Assembly (NCBI GenBank): GCA_041738615.1
Contig: JBGSPL010000004.1
Coordinates: forward strand, 129,203-193,202
DNA: 64,000 nt
Direction of reading: 5' to 3'
DNA from: Patescibacteria group bacterium
GTDB taxonomy: Bacteria > Patescibacteriota > CPR2 > UBA1875 > CAIMLA01
Below are positions 9,216 to 17,551 of the stretch, piece by piece. Made by a program: the position numbers and the translations under genes. Under the pieces are notes generated by a model. The model did no database searches and was not told where the DNA came from. It was given only the letters and a program-made list of their open reading frames with translations. Position 1 is the first letter of the stretch. Every line of letters begins with the position of its first letter.

Positions 9216-9330
9216 TTTTTAACCGATGGACTTCTCTGAGCTGAAAGCAATCATCAAAAAACAGTGGCTTTACTTTTTACCACTGTTTATTTTTATTGTC
9301 TTATCCCTAGTCTTTGAGATTGTCAGCTTG

Positions 9331-11604
9331 CTACTGATTAAATTTGTATAGAGCACCGTCGGCAAAGACGTAAACTGTTTTGTTGGCATCATCTACCGAA
9401 ACGCCGCTAATATTCTTTAGTGTGGCGCCATTGTATTGACCGATGTACTTACCATTTGTGTCGGCACGGACTATAGATCCACTATTCGTCAGGTAAATCC
9501 CCGTAGTGTCTTCGTTCGCGAAGTTGCTACTGATGCCACTGAGGGTCAGAGGAAGGTCATTGATGCTGTAACTTTGCTTCTTACCGCCCAGATACTTTAC
9601 GGTATCCCCGTTTTTCTTAGTGGCATAAACGTTGCTATCGATTGCTAGCGCAATGGTATCTTTTGCCGTGCTGCCATCGGTAATGTAGGCAGTGCGTGCC
9701 GAGTATCCTGTAGAAGTTTTGGTTCTTTTGTAAATCTGGCCTGCCGCATCAACAGTATAGATATTTGTTGAGAAAGAGGCCATGGCTGTAGGTACTTCCA
9801 TGTCTCCAGCAATCGCTTGTTTGGTCAGAGTAACGTCTTTAACGTCAAATTCGTATAGGGCGCCTTTGTCGGTAAAGAGGACGATGGTGCTTCGGACCGT
9901 GACGGCTGTGACAGCGGCAACTTTGCCTTCTAGCTTTGGCTTATCGAGCACGTTTGAGGCTTCGCCGGCAAGGCTTACGGCTGCGATGCTCCCATTGTCT
10001 TTACTTATGATGTAGGCATTCTTCCCGATTACAAAAGGTCCAAAGGTATTTTTGCCTGTAATGTTTGTCGTGTCCGCTAGCTTACTAGTAGTCACTCTGG
10101 TGATTGCAAGGACTCCGTCTAGTGCGCTGTTGATATCTTTCTCTAGTGTAGAGACTCTGTCTTTTAGTGAAGGATTAGATTCTAGTCCTTTTGCGATACT
10201 AAGAGCACTATTTAGGGTATTTGCCGACTTGCCTCTATTGCCGCTTGCAGCTTCAGCCTTACCGATCGTGAGCTTGCTTTGAGCCTCTGTATAGCTCGCT
10301 TCTGCTAGTTTTTGGTGCTCTGCGTTTTCGCGCAATCTCCAGACGGCAAAGACACTGATGATAAGCACAAGCGCTAGCGCGGATGCGGCAATCAGTAGGT
10401 TTCTCTTATTCCCTTTGTTCTTTTTCAGTTTGTCGCCGAGTCTGTCCTTTAGTTTACCAGCATAGCTAAAGTCTATCTTCTCGAGCTTCAGCCACTTGGG
10501 TTTATTGTGGGATTCTTTAATGTGGATTACATTCCCGCTAGCCTTGGTAGTCTCTAAAAAGCTATTGGCGTGCTCGTTTACGGTAATATCAGAAAAATCA
10601 GCGGGAGCTTCACTAACCTCAATCACTTCTTTCGGCTTCTCAAGGGCCGCTGGCCTCTCCTTTTTCGATTTAATGTTTTGGCCGCCCTTGGTAATCAAAC
10701 CCGAGAGAGCGTCATAGGCGTCTAGAGTAGTGTCGTGAATCCAGGGCCATGCGCTTGCGACAATAAAGCCAGTCATTGCCTTCCAGCCTCGTCGGGTATA
10801 GTAGATGGCTTTCTGGGCAAAGGGAGCCGAGCGCTCAATCACGGTTTCCATCGGTTTATTTGGTTCAGTAAGCCAGACTTCATCATTAATCTCAGTAACA
10901 GTCTCTTCACTCGCGGCCTCTGGGGTGATGGCCTCAATAATAAGGATCGAGTTTGGCTGCATCTCTGTATTGTTACCTTCAAGTAGGTCGGCCAGGTGGC
11001 TTATCGCAATCTTTGGCTGGAATTCCTCGACATACTTTTGGAGTTCGTCTTTGGAAATATGGAAGAAGACTCCTGGAGTTACGGCAACAATCTTGTCTCC
11101 TTCTAGTAGGTCACCAGAGGCAATATTGGTAAAAGTTCGCAGCGGATTGATGTTATCACCGGCCAGCTCACGAGTGATGTGGCTTGATTTACCCCCTCGG
11201 TAGAGATAGGCTTCGGCTTTTCCTGTCTGGGTAATATGGATAGTATCACCGGTATGAACGGCAAGAATCGCATTCAGATTGTTTAGCCAGTGGATGTTGC
11301 CATTGTGGGTAATGTCAGCAAGCTCCTCGTTGACTCTGGCGAGAGCGGCCTCGAAGCTAGTGAGCGGATCTTTCTCGAGGTCTTGGTAGTATTCACCAAA
11401 AAAAGCGTCAACAATCAGTTCGGCGACCTCTTCGGCGCTAGCCGCAGGTGCGTTTACATTTACTAACGCATATATAGAACCATGATTACGTTCGTCGACA
11501 TCATTGGGATTGTGCTCATAGGCAATAGCTATGCCTTGATGCCGTCGGCTCCTCTTGGATTCACTCAAAAGTTTCGCTGTGCGCGCAATTAATTTTTTAT
11601 GCAT
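9331..11604 (-). CDS. Hypothetical single-pass membrane protein, 757 aa; the N-terminal cytoplasmic domain may be a degenerate PP2C-like fold, and the C-terminal extracytoplasmic part is a repeat-rich beta region
   Basis: A TM segment sits around aa 400. The stretch AILAVHTGDTIHI...AEAYLYRGGKSSHITRE loosely resembles the PP2C GDSRxYLxR region, but the DGMGG metal-binding motif is absent. Confidence 0.35.
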   Translation of the reverse strand: MHKKLIARTAKLLSESKRSRRHQGIAIAYEHNPNDVDERNHGSIYALVNVNAPAASAEEVAELIVDAFFGEYYQDLEKDPLTSFEAALARVNEELADITHNGNIHWLNNLNAILAVHTGDTIHITQTGKAEAYLYRGGKSSHITRELAGDNINPLRTFTNIASGDLLEGDKIVAVTPGVFFHISKDELQKYVEEFQPKIAISHLADLLEGNNTEMQPNSILIIEAITPEAASEETVTEINDEVWLTEPNKPMETVIERSAPFAQKAIYYTRRGWKAMTGFIVASAWPWIHDTTLDAYDALSGLITKGGQNIKSKKERPAALEKPKEVIEVSEAPADFSDITVNEHANSFLETTKASGNVIHIKESHNKPKWLKLEKIDFSYAGKLKDRLGDKLKKNKGNKRNLLIAASALALVLIISVFAVWRLRENAEHQKLAEASYTEAQSKLTIGKAEAASGNRGKSANTLNSALSIAKGLESNPSLKDRVSTLEKDINSALDGVLAITRVTTSKLADTTNITGKNTFGPFVIGKNAYIISKDNGSIAAVSLAGEASNVLDKPKLEGKVAAVTAVTVRSTIVLFTDKGALYEFDVKDVTLTKQAIAGDMEVPTAMASFSTNIYTVDAAGQIYKRTKTSTGYSARTAYITDGSTAKDTIALAIDSNVYATKKNGDTVKYLGGKKQSYSINDLPLTLSGISSNFANEDTTGIYLTNSGSIVRADTNGKYIGQYNGATLKNISGVSVDDANKTVYVFADGALYKFNQ

Positions 11605-11739
11605 TCCTAAGGCCTTAATACGTAAGAAACTATAACACTTTTGTGCGGTTATGACAATTATTTGTAGGTTAAATTATTCTGTTGATTTATGGCCCAAAAA
11701 GAGTAGTATATGCTCATCGCAGCCGGAGAGGGAGGGGCT

Positions 11740-11880
11740 ATGAACCAATGGGGGCCGATTGACTGGGCCAGTTTCTGGCTCATCGTTCTGACCGTCCTCG
11801 GAGTCGGGGGCATGATGCTCGCAGTTTGGCTTGGCGGTGCCGCTCAGAGATCACAGCGGCGCATGGAGAACATCGAGTAA
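11740..11880 (+). CDS. Small single-TM protein (46 aa) in GC-rich island A
   Basis: A GGAGGGG SD lies 5 nt upstream of the ATG. The product is MNQWGPIDWASFWLIVLTVLGVGGMMLAVWLGGAAQRSQRRMENIE. Confidence 0.45.
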   Translation: MNQWGPIDWASFWLIVLTVLGVGGMMLAVWLGGAAQRSQRRMENIE

Positions 11881-11892
11881 GGAGGGGTCCCG

Positions 11893-12033
11893 ATGTACGA
11901 CATTCCAATGTGGGCGGTCTATACCATCGGAGCCGTAGCCGTCTTGGCGGCGAGCGCCTTCTTCAAGACAGTCTTGTGGGAGAAATCGATTGAGGAAGTA
12001 GAGGAGGAACAGGGCGCTGTAGACGCCACCTGA
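11893..12033 (+). CDS. Small single-TM protein (46 aa) in GC-rich island A
   Basis: A GGAGGGG SD lies 5 nt upstream of the ATG. The product is MYDIPMWAVYTIGAVAVLAASAFFKTVLWEKSIEEVEEEQGAVDAT. Confidence 0.45.
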   Translation: MYDIPMWAVYTIGAVAVLAASAFFKTVLWEKSIEEVEEEQGAVDAT

Positions 12034-12077
12034 CAGGTACTCGCTAAGTGCGAATCTCGATTGAAAGGAACTGTCCG

Positions 12078-12326
12078 ATGGATTCCCCAGTGTTCATGCC
12101 CTCATCAGAGTGGCAGCTAGGCTTTGCAGCGGCATGCGGTTTCGGTGTCCTCGTATTCTTCGGAATCAGCAGGATGCTCAGCCGATCACAGATCAAGAGT
12201 GACGATGTCTCGGCAGACATCGACGGACTCTATCCGCGCGAGGTCAACGAGATCGACGACGACCCGGTCGGGAACTACGAGGCGAGCATTGCACGGGCTA
12301 CCGGTCTCGACGGCGCGCCGTCCTAG
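12078..12326 (+). CDS. Small single-TM protein (82 aa) with an acidic C-terminal tail in GC-rich island A
   Basis: An AAAGGA SD precedes the start. The ORF runs 12048-12326, with an internal ATG at 12078 better placed relative to the SD. Confidence 0.4.
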   Translation: MDSPVFMPSSEWQLGFAAACGFGVLVFFGISRMLSRSQIKSDDVSADIDGLYPREVNEIDDDPVGNYEASIARATGLDGAPS

Positions 12327-12371
12327 CCACACAGGCGCCTGGCAGGCGCGAACACCTACCTCGAGTGGAGG

Positions 12372-12410
12372 GACCCGGATTACTGCTTTGGCGGTCTCCG
12401 GGTTTTTGTT
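12372..12410 (+). terminator. Putative intrinsic terminator closing island A
   Basis: A CCCGGA...TCCGGG hairpin is followed by TTTTTGTTTG. Confidence 0.45.
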
Positions 12411-12453
12411 TGTCTACTGGAATCATTATTTTGTATAAAGTAGTATACAGAAG

Positions 12454-12702
12454 ATGTATACAAGAATTGATAAAAAGATAAAAACGATAGCCCTTTTTGA
12501 AAACGGGAAGGTAATTCCGAAGATTTTTCGCTATGCAAACCGTGACTACAAAGTAAGGGGAATCAGCCTAGCTTATCAGGAACGGGAGGGTCGGTCGGTA
12601 AATTACTATTTTGGTATTGAGACCGATGAGGGCGGTGTCTATAAGCTTCATTACAACGACGAGAAACTCACCTGGTGGTTGGACGAAGTATGGCAAGATT
12701 AA
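12454..12702 (+). CDS. Hypothetical small protein (82 aa) immediately upstream of dinB and overlapping it
   Basis: Globular-looking sequence with no TM segment. Its stop overlaps the dinB start by 13 nt, suggesting translational coupling. Confidence 0.45.
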   Translation: MYTRIDKKIKTIALFENGKVIPKIFRYANRDYKVRGISLAYQEREGRSVNYYFGIETDEGGVYKLHYNDEKLTWWLDEVWQD

Positions 12703-13904
12703 TCCTTCATATCGATATGAACTCGTATTTTGCCACTGTGGAGCAGCAGGCGAACCCGAAACTTCGTGGCAAACCGATTGCCGTGATGGGCAGTACGGCA
12801 AAGCGGAGCATTATCGTTGCGGCAAGTATAGAGGCCAAGCGCTACGGGGTAAAGACCGCAACTAGGATAGATGAGGCGTTACGGCTCTGCCCTGAGCTGG
12901 TACTTGTAAACGGCGAACCGCGCAAATATAGCTGGGTGACGAAGAAGTTTATCGACATATTTGAGGGCTACACAGATAAGGTGGAGATCTTTTCTATAGA
13001 CGAGGCGTTTCTAGACGTGACCAAGACGGCAAATATTTATGGTGGGGCAGAGCAAATCGCTCTATCCATCAAGCAGCGGATTCGCGATGAGATTGGTAGC
13101 TACATCTCCTGCTCAGTAGGGATTGCAAAGAACAAATTTCTAGCAAAGACAGGCAGTGACCTCAAGAAGCCTGACGGTCTCACTATTATTACAGATGAGA
13201 ATGTTGATGACATTCTATTGTCGCTGCCCCTTTGTGAATTCTGCGGCATCGGCAAGCGGATCTTAGCGCGGCTAGGGGCCCTGGGAATCGGAACTACGCA
13301 ACAGCTGCGAGATTACCCAAACGTGCTTCTAAACAGGGAATTCGGAATCGCTAGTGGCGAGAAACTAAAAAGAATGGCCTACGGCATGGACAGCTCGCCG
13401 GTAATCAGTCGTCACGACAGGGCTGATGCCAAGTCTTATGGACATTCCAGGACCCTGAACAAGAATGTTACGGACAGAAATGAAATACGAAAGCATATGT
13501 TGCTTCTCTCCGAGAAGGTGGCCACGAGGATGCGCAAAGATGGCTGTATGGCTAAGGAGGTGGGGCTTTGGATTCGTTTTGGTGACTTTACCGGAGTGGG
13601 GCAACGTCATCGTATCGGCAAGTGGACCCACGATGGAGTAGAAGTATACGATGCAGCGGTAAAAATACTGGAGTTACTAGATCTACGGGCGCCGGTACGG
13701 GCCATCGGGGTCTACGCGGCCCAGATTCAGAGGGATTCCCATACGACTGCTAGTTTGCTTCCGGAAGATACGATAAACGACAAGATTCTGGCTGCTATGG
13801 ACGCCGTGAATAACCGTTTTGGTGAGACGGTAGTAACTCGTGCTAGACTGGCTGGAGTAAAAATCAAGGAGGTGGTTTCTGGTATGGGGAGGGATAAGTT
13901 CTAA
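12690..13904 (+). CDS. dinB: DNA polymerase IV (Y-family, DinB)
   Basis: LILHIDMNSYFATVEQ...SIDEAFLDVT... are the UmuC/DinB palm motifs. Start is taken at MARLILH. Confidence 0.85.
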   Translation: MARLILHIDMNSYFATVEQQANPKLRGKPIAVMGSTAKRSIIVAASIEAKRYGVKTATRIDEALRLCPELVLVNGEPRKYSWVTKKFIDIFEGYTDKVEIFSIDEAFLDVTKTANIYGGAEQIALSIKQRIRDEIGSYISCSVGIAKNKFLAKTGSDLKKPDGLTIITDENVDDILLSLPLCEFCGIGKRILARLGALGIGTTQQLRDYPNVLLNREFGIASGEKLKRMAYGMDSSPVISRHDRADAKSYGHSRTLNKNVTDRNEIRKHMLLLSEKVATRMRKDGCMAKEVGLWIRFGDFTGVGQRHRIGKWTHDGVEVYDAAVKILELLDLRAPVRAIGVYAAQIQRDSHTTASLLPEDTINDKILAAMDAVNNRFGETVVTRARLAGVKIKEVVSGMGRDKF

Positions 13905-13909
13905 AAATG

Positions 13910-13938
13910 TTGACGGCACATTCCCCGAGGTTTATATT
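13910..13938 (+). promoter_or_regulatory. Near-consensus promoter TTGACG-17-TATATT
   Basis: It lies directly after the dinB stop and opens GC-rich island B. Confidence 0.5.
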
Positions 13939-13945
13939 AACGATA

Positions 13946-14534
13946 CGCTGAAAGACCTGAATACTCGGAATTAGGGTTATCTAAGCGTGTTCCTAGACCC
14001 CTGCAACCGCAACTGCCTTTTGTTAGTAGCATGTGCCGACGCCGGGAGAACGTGTAGGAAAAACAAGATATTGCTGCGAGATCAACACCTCTCCGAGTGG
14101 GTGGGTTTCTCGCAAAGCGGGACTTTGCATTTTAGGCCGCTGGTAACTCGACTAACGAGTGGCCCACGCCGAAACGAGGGTGCACCCCTAGTCCATTGGG
14201 GCCTCGTGTTGCATTAAAGTCCAAGTCTATAACGTACCAGCATCTGTTCAGGTACCACTTGTAGGCGCATGTCCTGGTCGAAACGCTGCATTACTGCTGT
14301 CCTAGAGGCGGTAGGGGTGCAAGATCACTGATCAGGCAAGATAAGGTGCCATTAAGGCCCATATAGTACAGTCGCGTAATATCGCCACGAAGCAGAGAGC
14401 TCGGGCGCGGAGGCTGTCAGCGGGAACCGATTGGTACAAAGCTAGGCCGGCATGGTTGACCGTTACTGTGGTCACTTTGCCCTCGTTCGCGGATTTTGTA
14501 CCGCGATCACGGGGGCCATGCCGGCCCCTTTCAT
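13946..14534 (+). ncRNA. Candidate structured ncRNA 1 (about 590 nt, class unknown) in island B
   Basis: It is bounded by the promoter at 13910-13938 and the terminator at 14511-14534. GC is about 58%. There is no SD-led ORF. Multiple stable hairpins are present. Confidence 0.4.
14511..14534 (+). terminator. Intrinsic terminator (GGGGCC-AUGCC-GGCCCC followed by UUUCAU)
   Basis: 6 bp GC stem plus a U-run, ending 14 nt before the next -35 box. Confidence 0.55.
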
Positions 14535-14547
14535 GACTACAAACGCC

Positions 14548-14576
14548 TTGACAAAAAGGCTTTACGGGCGTATAAT
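14548..14576 (+). promoter_or_regulatory. Perfect consensus promoter TTGACA-17-TATAAT
   Basis: The sequence ttgacaaaaaggctttacgggcgtataat was read directly. Confidence 0.6.
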
Positions 14577-14583
14577 TCATTTT

Positions 14584-15138
14584 CGTGCATGACATCAAGT
14601 CTGCACATCCAAGGGGGGACGGCGCCAGCAGTAACGAGCAAGCGGTGAAGGGGGCGCCAGGATTGGCCCACGTGACGGACTCGTCCGTTATGAAAGGCTC
14701 TGCCGTCAACCAAGCAAGCGTGACGACAGGGTTCTGCCAATCTTTGAGGCATCGAGGCACGAAGCCCCACTTGGCGGATCTCACCGGTATGATACGGTGA
14801 GAGACGAATATTCTACGCCTATGGCGTATGCACCATATCGCAATTGCGATTGCCCCTCCTTGGAAGGGCTTAGAGGGAGAGAACCTCTAAGTGGGACGGT
14901 TCGAAACCGTAGGGGGCGCCAGAACCTCCGCGTGAGTTAGGCCGCAAGGCTGTTTCTCGCGCTCATAGGCGAGCTGGATATGGATAAGGGTCCACAAGCA
15001 TTCTAGCAAACTAGACCTCATCCCACTGTTCAGCGCCCATCAGTCCCCAGACTGATGGTTCGGGAGTAATCCCAAAGCACGGCTCGGAGTCCTTCGTGGG
15101 TACCAGTACCACAACGAAGGCCTTCGGGCCTTTTCATT
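14584..15138 (+). ncRNA. Candidate structured ncRNA 2 (about 555 nt, class unknown) in island B
   Basis: It runs between the perfect promoter and a strong terminator. It contains a T-arm-like hairpin ACGG-TTCGAAA-CCGT. The only ORFs are GC-driven and have no SD. Confidence 0.4.
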
Positions 15139-15139
15139 T
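15116..15139 (+). terminator. Intrinsic terminator (AAGGCC-TTCG-GGCCTT followed by TTCATTT)
   Basis: GC stem with a UUCG tetraloop and a T-run. It abuts the 3' end of the convergent methyltransferase gene. Confidence 0.65.
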
Positions 15140-15144
15140 ACATT

Positions 15145-15873
15145 CTATTTGTCTGGCTTTATCGCTATGGCAATGAGGTTTGGGTCTTTTTTACCATCAA
15201 CTCTTTTCTCAGCACTAGAGAGGATTTTTATTGCGGTAAAACCGGCCTTCTGTAATTCGTTTATGGTTTCTTTCTTAGTCCAGGCATGAAAATAACGTTT
15301 AGTCATAATATTTTTATGGACGCTCTTCCATGGCATCAGAAAGTCTCCATAATCGAGTCTGGATCTGCCGGCGGTAATTCGAACGCTTTCTTTTACTATT
15401 TCTTTTAGGTATTTTGGTTCGTTCCAAAAATACCAATTAGTAATTATTATTTTGCCACCTGGTTTTGTAATTCTAAACACTTCATTCAGGGCTTCCCTTC
15501 GACTTGCCTTCCCCGGTAGGTGGTGAAGAGTAGCCACTGAAAGAGTAAGATCGAAGGAGTCATTTTTGTAAGGAGTTTTTAAGATATTGCCAACCGCGAA
15601 ATTACCAGTAGGATACTTGGTTTTTGCAATTTCGATTAGCTTGTCACTAAGATCAATCCCAAAGTAGTTTACCTTATTGTCTATGAGCTCGTAGATTCTG
15701 CCACTACCGCACCCCAGATCGGCGATTTTGAAATTATCTGCAGATTTGATTTCGGAGAGCAGTTTCTTAAGGCTTGGCCAGTTGTATTTCCGCGTGCTCG
15801 CAAAGTGATGCGCAATCAGGTTATAATCATCACGGGTTTTGTCTATTAAATTTTGAGCAGTTTGTTTATTCAT
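15145..15873 (-). CDS. Trm9/ALKBH8-type tRNA (carboxymethyluridine34) methyltransferase homolog (class I SAM MTase)
   Basis: Block-wise similarity to yeast Trm9: DYNLIAHHFASTRKYNWP vs VYNEIAPHFSQTRYKPWP; DLGCGSGR vs DVGCGNGK; SVATLHHLPGKASRREAL vs SIAVVHHWSTRERRVEV; KPGGKIIITNW vs RQGGQALIYCW; DFLMPW vs DVFVPW. Confidence 0.7.
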   Translation of the reverse strand: MNKQTAQNLIDKTRDDYNLIAHHFASTRKYNWPSLKKLLSEIKSADNFKIADLGCGSGRIYELIDNKVNYFGIDLSDKLIEIAKTKYPTGNFAVGNILKTPYKNDSFDLTLSVATLHHLPGKASRREALNEVFRITKPGGKIIITNWYFWNEPKYLKEIVKESVRITAGRSRLDYGDFLMPWKSVHKNIMTKRYFHAWTKKETINELQKAGFTAIKILSSAEKRVDGKKDPNLIAIAIKPDK

Positions 15874-17443
15874 GAATGTAAAAAAAGAAATTATTTATAA
15901 TCTTATCGCAGGAAGGGCACGGACTCGGGCTGATTTTCGGCGTGTCGTGGCTTCAGTGTATAGAGATGATAACACGAGCGGGTATCATTCGAACATTGAT
16001 TTGCGCGAAACTTATGACGAAATGATAGTGAGCGACGGGATCGATGTAGACGAGAATATCGAGAAGCTCCTAATGACCAAGAAAATGCGTTCGCTGTCCG
16101 GGGTTTCCGTAATTACCGTCCTTACGAAGCCCTATCCTTGCCCCGGGAAGTGTATTTATTGTCCCAGTATTGTCGATGTGCCAAAAAGTTACTTGCCCGA
16201 TGAGCCAGCGGTAATGCGCGCCATACTAGCGGGTTATGACGCTAAAAAGCAGGTAGAAACCCGGCTAAAGTCACTAGTTCGCCAAGGTCATCCGGTAGAT
16301 AAGGTCGAGCTGATTGTCATTGGCGGAACCTTTAGCCACCTACCCCGCAAATATCAGGAAGAGTTTATAAAGGATTGCCTTGATGCTCTAAATGGGGTAG
16401 TTTCGAAGACTCTAGCCGCGGCCAAAGCTCAGAATGAGACCGCAGATTCACGTTGCGTGGGCCTGACTCTAGAGACGAGACCAGATCATATAACCCCAGA
16501 GGAAGTAGTGTGGTTTCGCTACCTCGGTGCAACCAGGGTTGAGCTAGGAGTCCAGACGGTATTCGATGACATTCTAAAGCTAAATGGTAGGGGGGAAAAC
16601 GTTGAGGCCACGGTTGAGGCAACTCGGCTACTTAAAGACGCTGGTTTCAAGATATGTTATCATCTGATGCCAAACCTCTATGGTTCTGACTTGGCTCGAG
16701 ATAAAGAGATGTTCCAAATAGTCTTCACTGACCAACGTTTCAAACCAGACTACATCAAGATTTATCCCTGTATGGTGATGGAAAGTACACCGCTTTATGA
16801 TCTTTGGAGGAAAGGAAAATACGTAAGCTACACCGACGATGAGCTGATAGAGCTAATCTGCGAGATAAAGAAAACTGTGCCATATTGGGTCCGAATCATG
16901 CGCACCATTCGTGATATCCCGGCACCAAATATCGAATCGGGGTCCAAGATGTCAAACATGCGTCAGATTATCTTACAGAAAGCAGAGCAAGAAGGTTGGG
17001 CATGTAACTGCATTCGTTGTCGGGAGATTGGCGCTAAGGCACAGGAGGAAGCAGCAGGAATCGCTCAATTTGTTGAGGAGTATCAGGCTAGTGAGGGCAA
17101 GGAATATTTTCTCAGCTTCGAGGATAAAGATAGAAGGAATCTCTACTCCTTGCTGCGGCTACGAATCCCCGGCACTAGCGAGATAGGGGAAGCTTTGCCT
17201 GAAATAGCAGGGTGCGCTTTGATTCGAGAAGTCCATACGTACGGACAACAGATTGAGATTGGCGAACAGGGAGATACGCAACACCGCGGCTACGGCAAGA
17301 AGTTGGTTGTCGAAGCTGAAAGAATAGCTAGGGGTAATGGATACGAAAGGGTAGCTGTTATTTCTGGGGTTGGTGTCCGTAGCTATTACCATAAGTTTGG
17401 CTACAAACTTAATGGCGAATACATGGTGAAAACACTCGACTAA
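15872..17443 (+). CDS. Elp3-family tRNA uridine34 carboxymethyl-transferase homolog (radical SAM domain plus C-terminal GNAT)
   Basis: Radical-SAM CPGKCIYC motif. The overall length and domain order match ELP3 (COG1243). The C-terminal acetyltransferase motif is QHRGYGKKLVVEAERIA. It is divergent from the Trm9-like gene with a 2 nt overlap of start codons. Confidence 0.75.
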   Translation: MNVKKEIIYNLIAGRARTRADFRRVVASVYRDDNTSGYHSNIDLRETYDEMIVSDGIDVDENIEKLLMTKKMRSLSGVSVITVLTKPYPCPGKCIYCPSIVDVPKSYLPDEPAVMRAILAGYDAKKQVETRLKSLVRQGHPVDKVELIVIGGTFSHLPRKYQEEFIKDCLDALNGVVSKTLAAAKAQNETADSRCVGLTLETRPDHITPEEVVWFRYLGATRVELGVQTVFDDILKLNGRGENVEATVEATRLLKDAGFKICYHLMPNLYGSDLARDKEMFQIVFTDQRFKPDYIKIYPCMVMESTPLYDLWRKGKYVSYTDDELIELICEIKKTVPYWVRIMRTIRDIPAPNIESGSKMSNMRQIILQKAEQEGWACNCIRCREIGAKAQEEAAGIAQFVEEYQASEGKEYFLSFEDKDRRNLYSLLRLRIPGTSEIGEALPEIAGCALIREVHTYGQQIEIGEQGDTQHRGYGKKLVVEAERIARGNGYERVAVISGVGVRSYYHKFGYKLNGEYMVKTLD

Positions 17444-17551
17444 ACCTGGGAAATATGATATAATTTTGCGGTTACATTGAGTTATTCTTCTAGCCTGGCG
17501 AGAAGTTCTCAGCGAGCATAGAACAATAACTTTTTATTTTGGAGAGAAACT

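Noticed and set aside
13946-14534. RNase P RNA assignment for island-B RNA 1
   Set aside because: I looked for the universal P4 motifs (GGAAAGUCCGGGC / ACAGAACCCGGCUUA) and CR-II/III elements. Only weak partial matches were found (GGUGCCA-UUAA-GGCC, GCAGAGAGC), which is not sufficient. It is left as unclassified pending a covariance-model search.
14332-14800. ORFs of 150 aa (-), 77 aa (-) and 71 aa (+) inside island B
   Set aside because: The region is GC-rich, so long open frames arise by chance. There is no SD. The + ORF would start 5 nt after the -10 box. The segment is bounded by a promoter and terminator and looks like RNA rather than coding.
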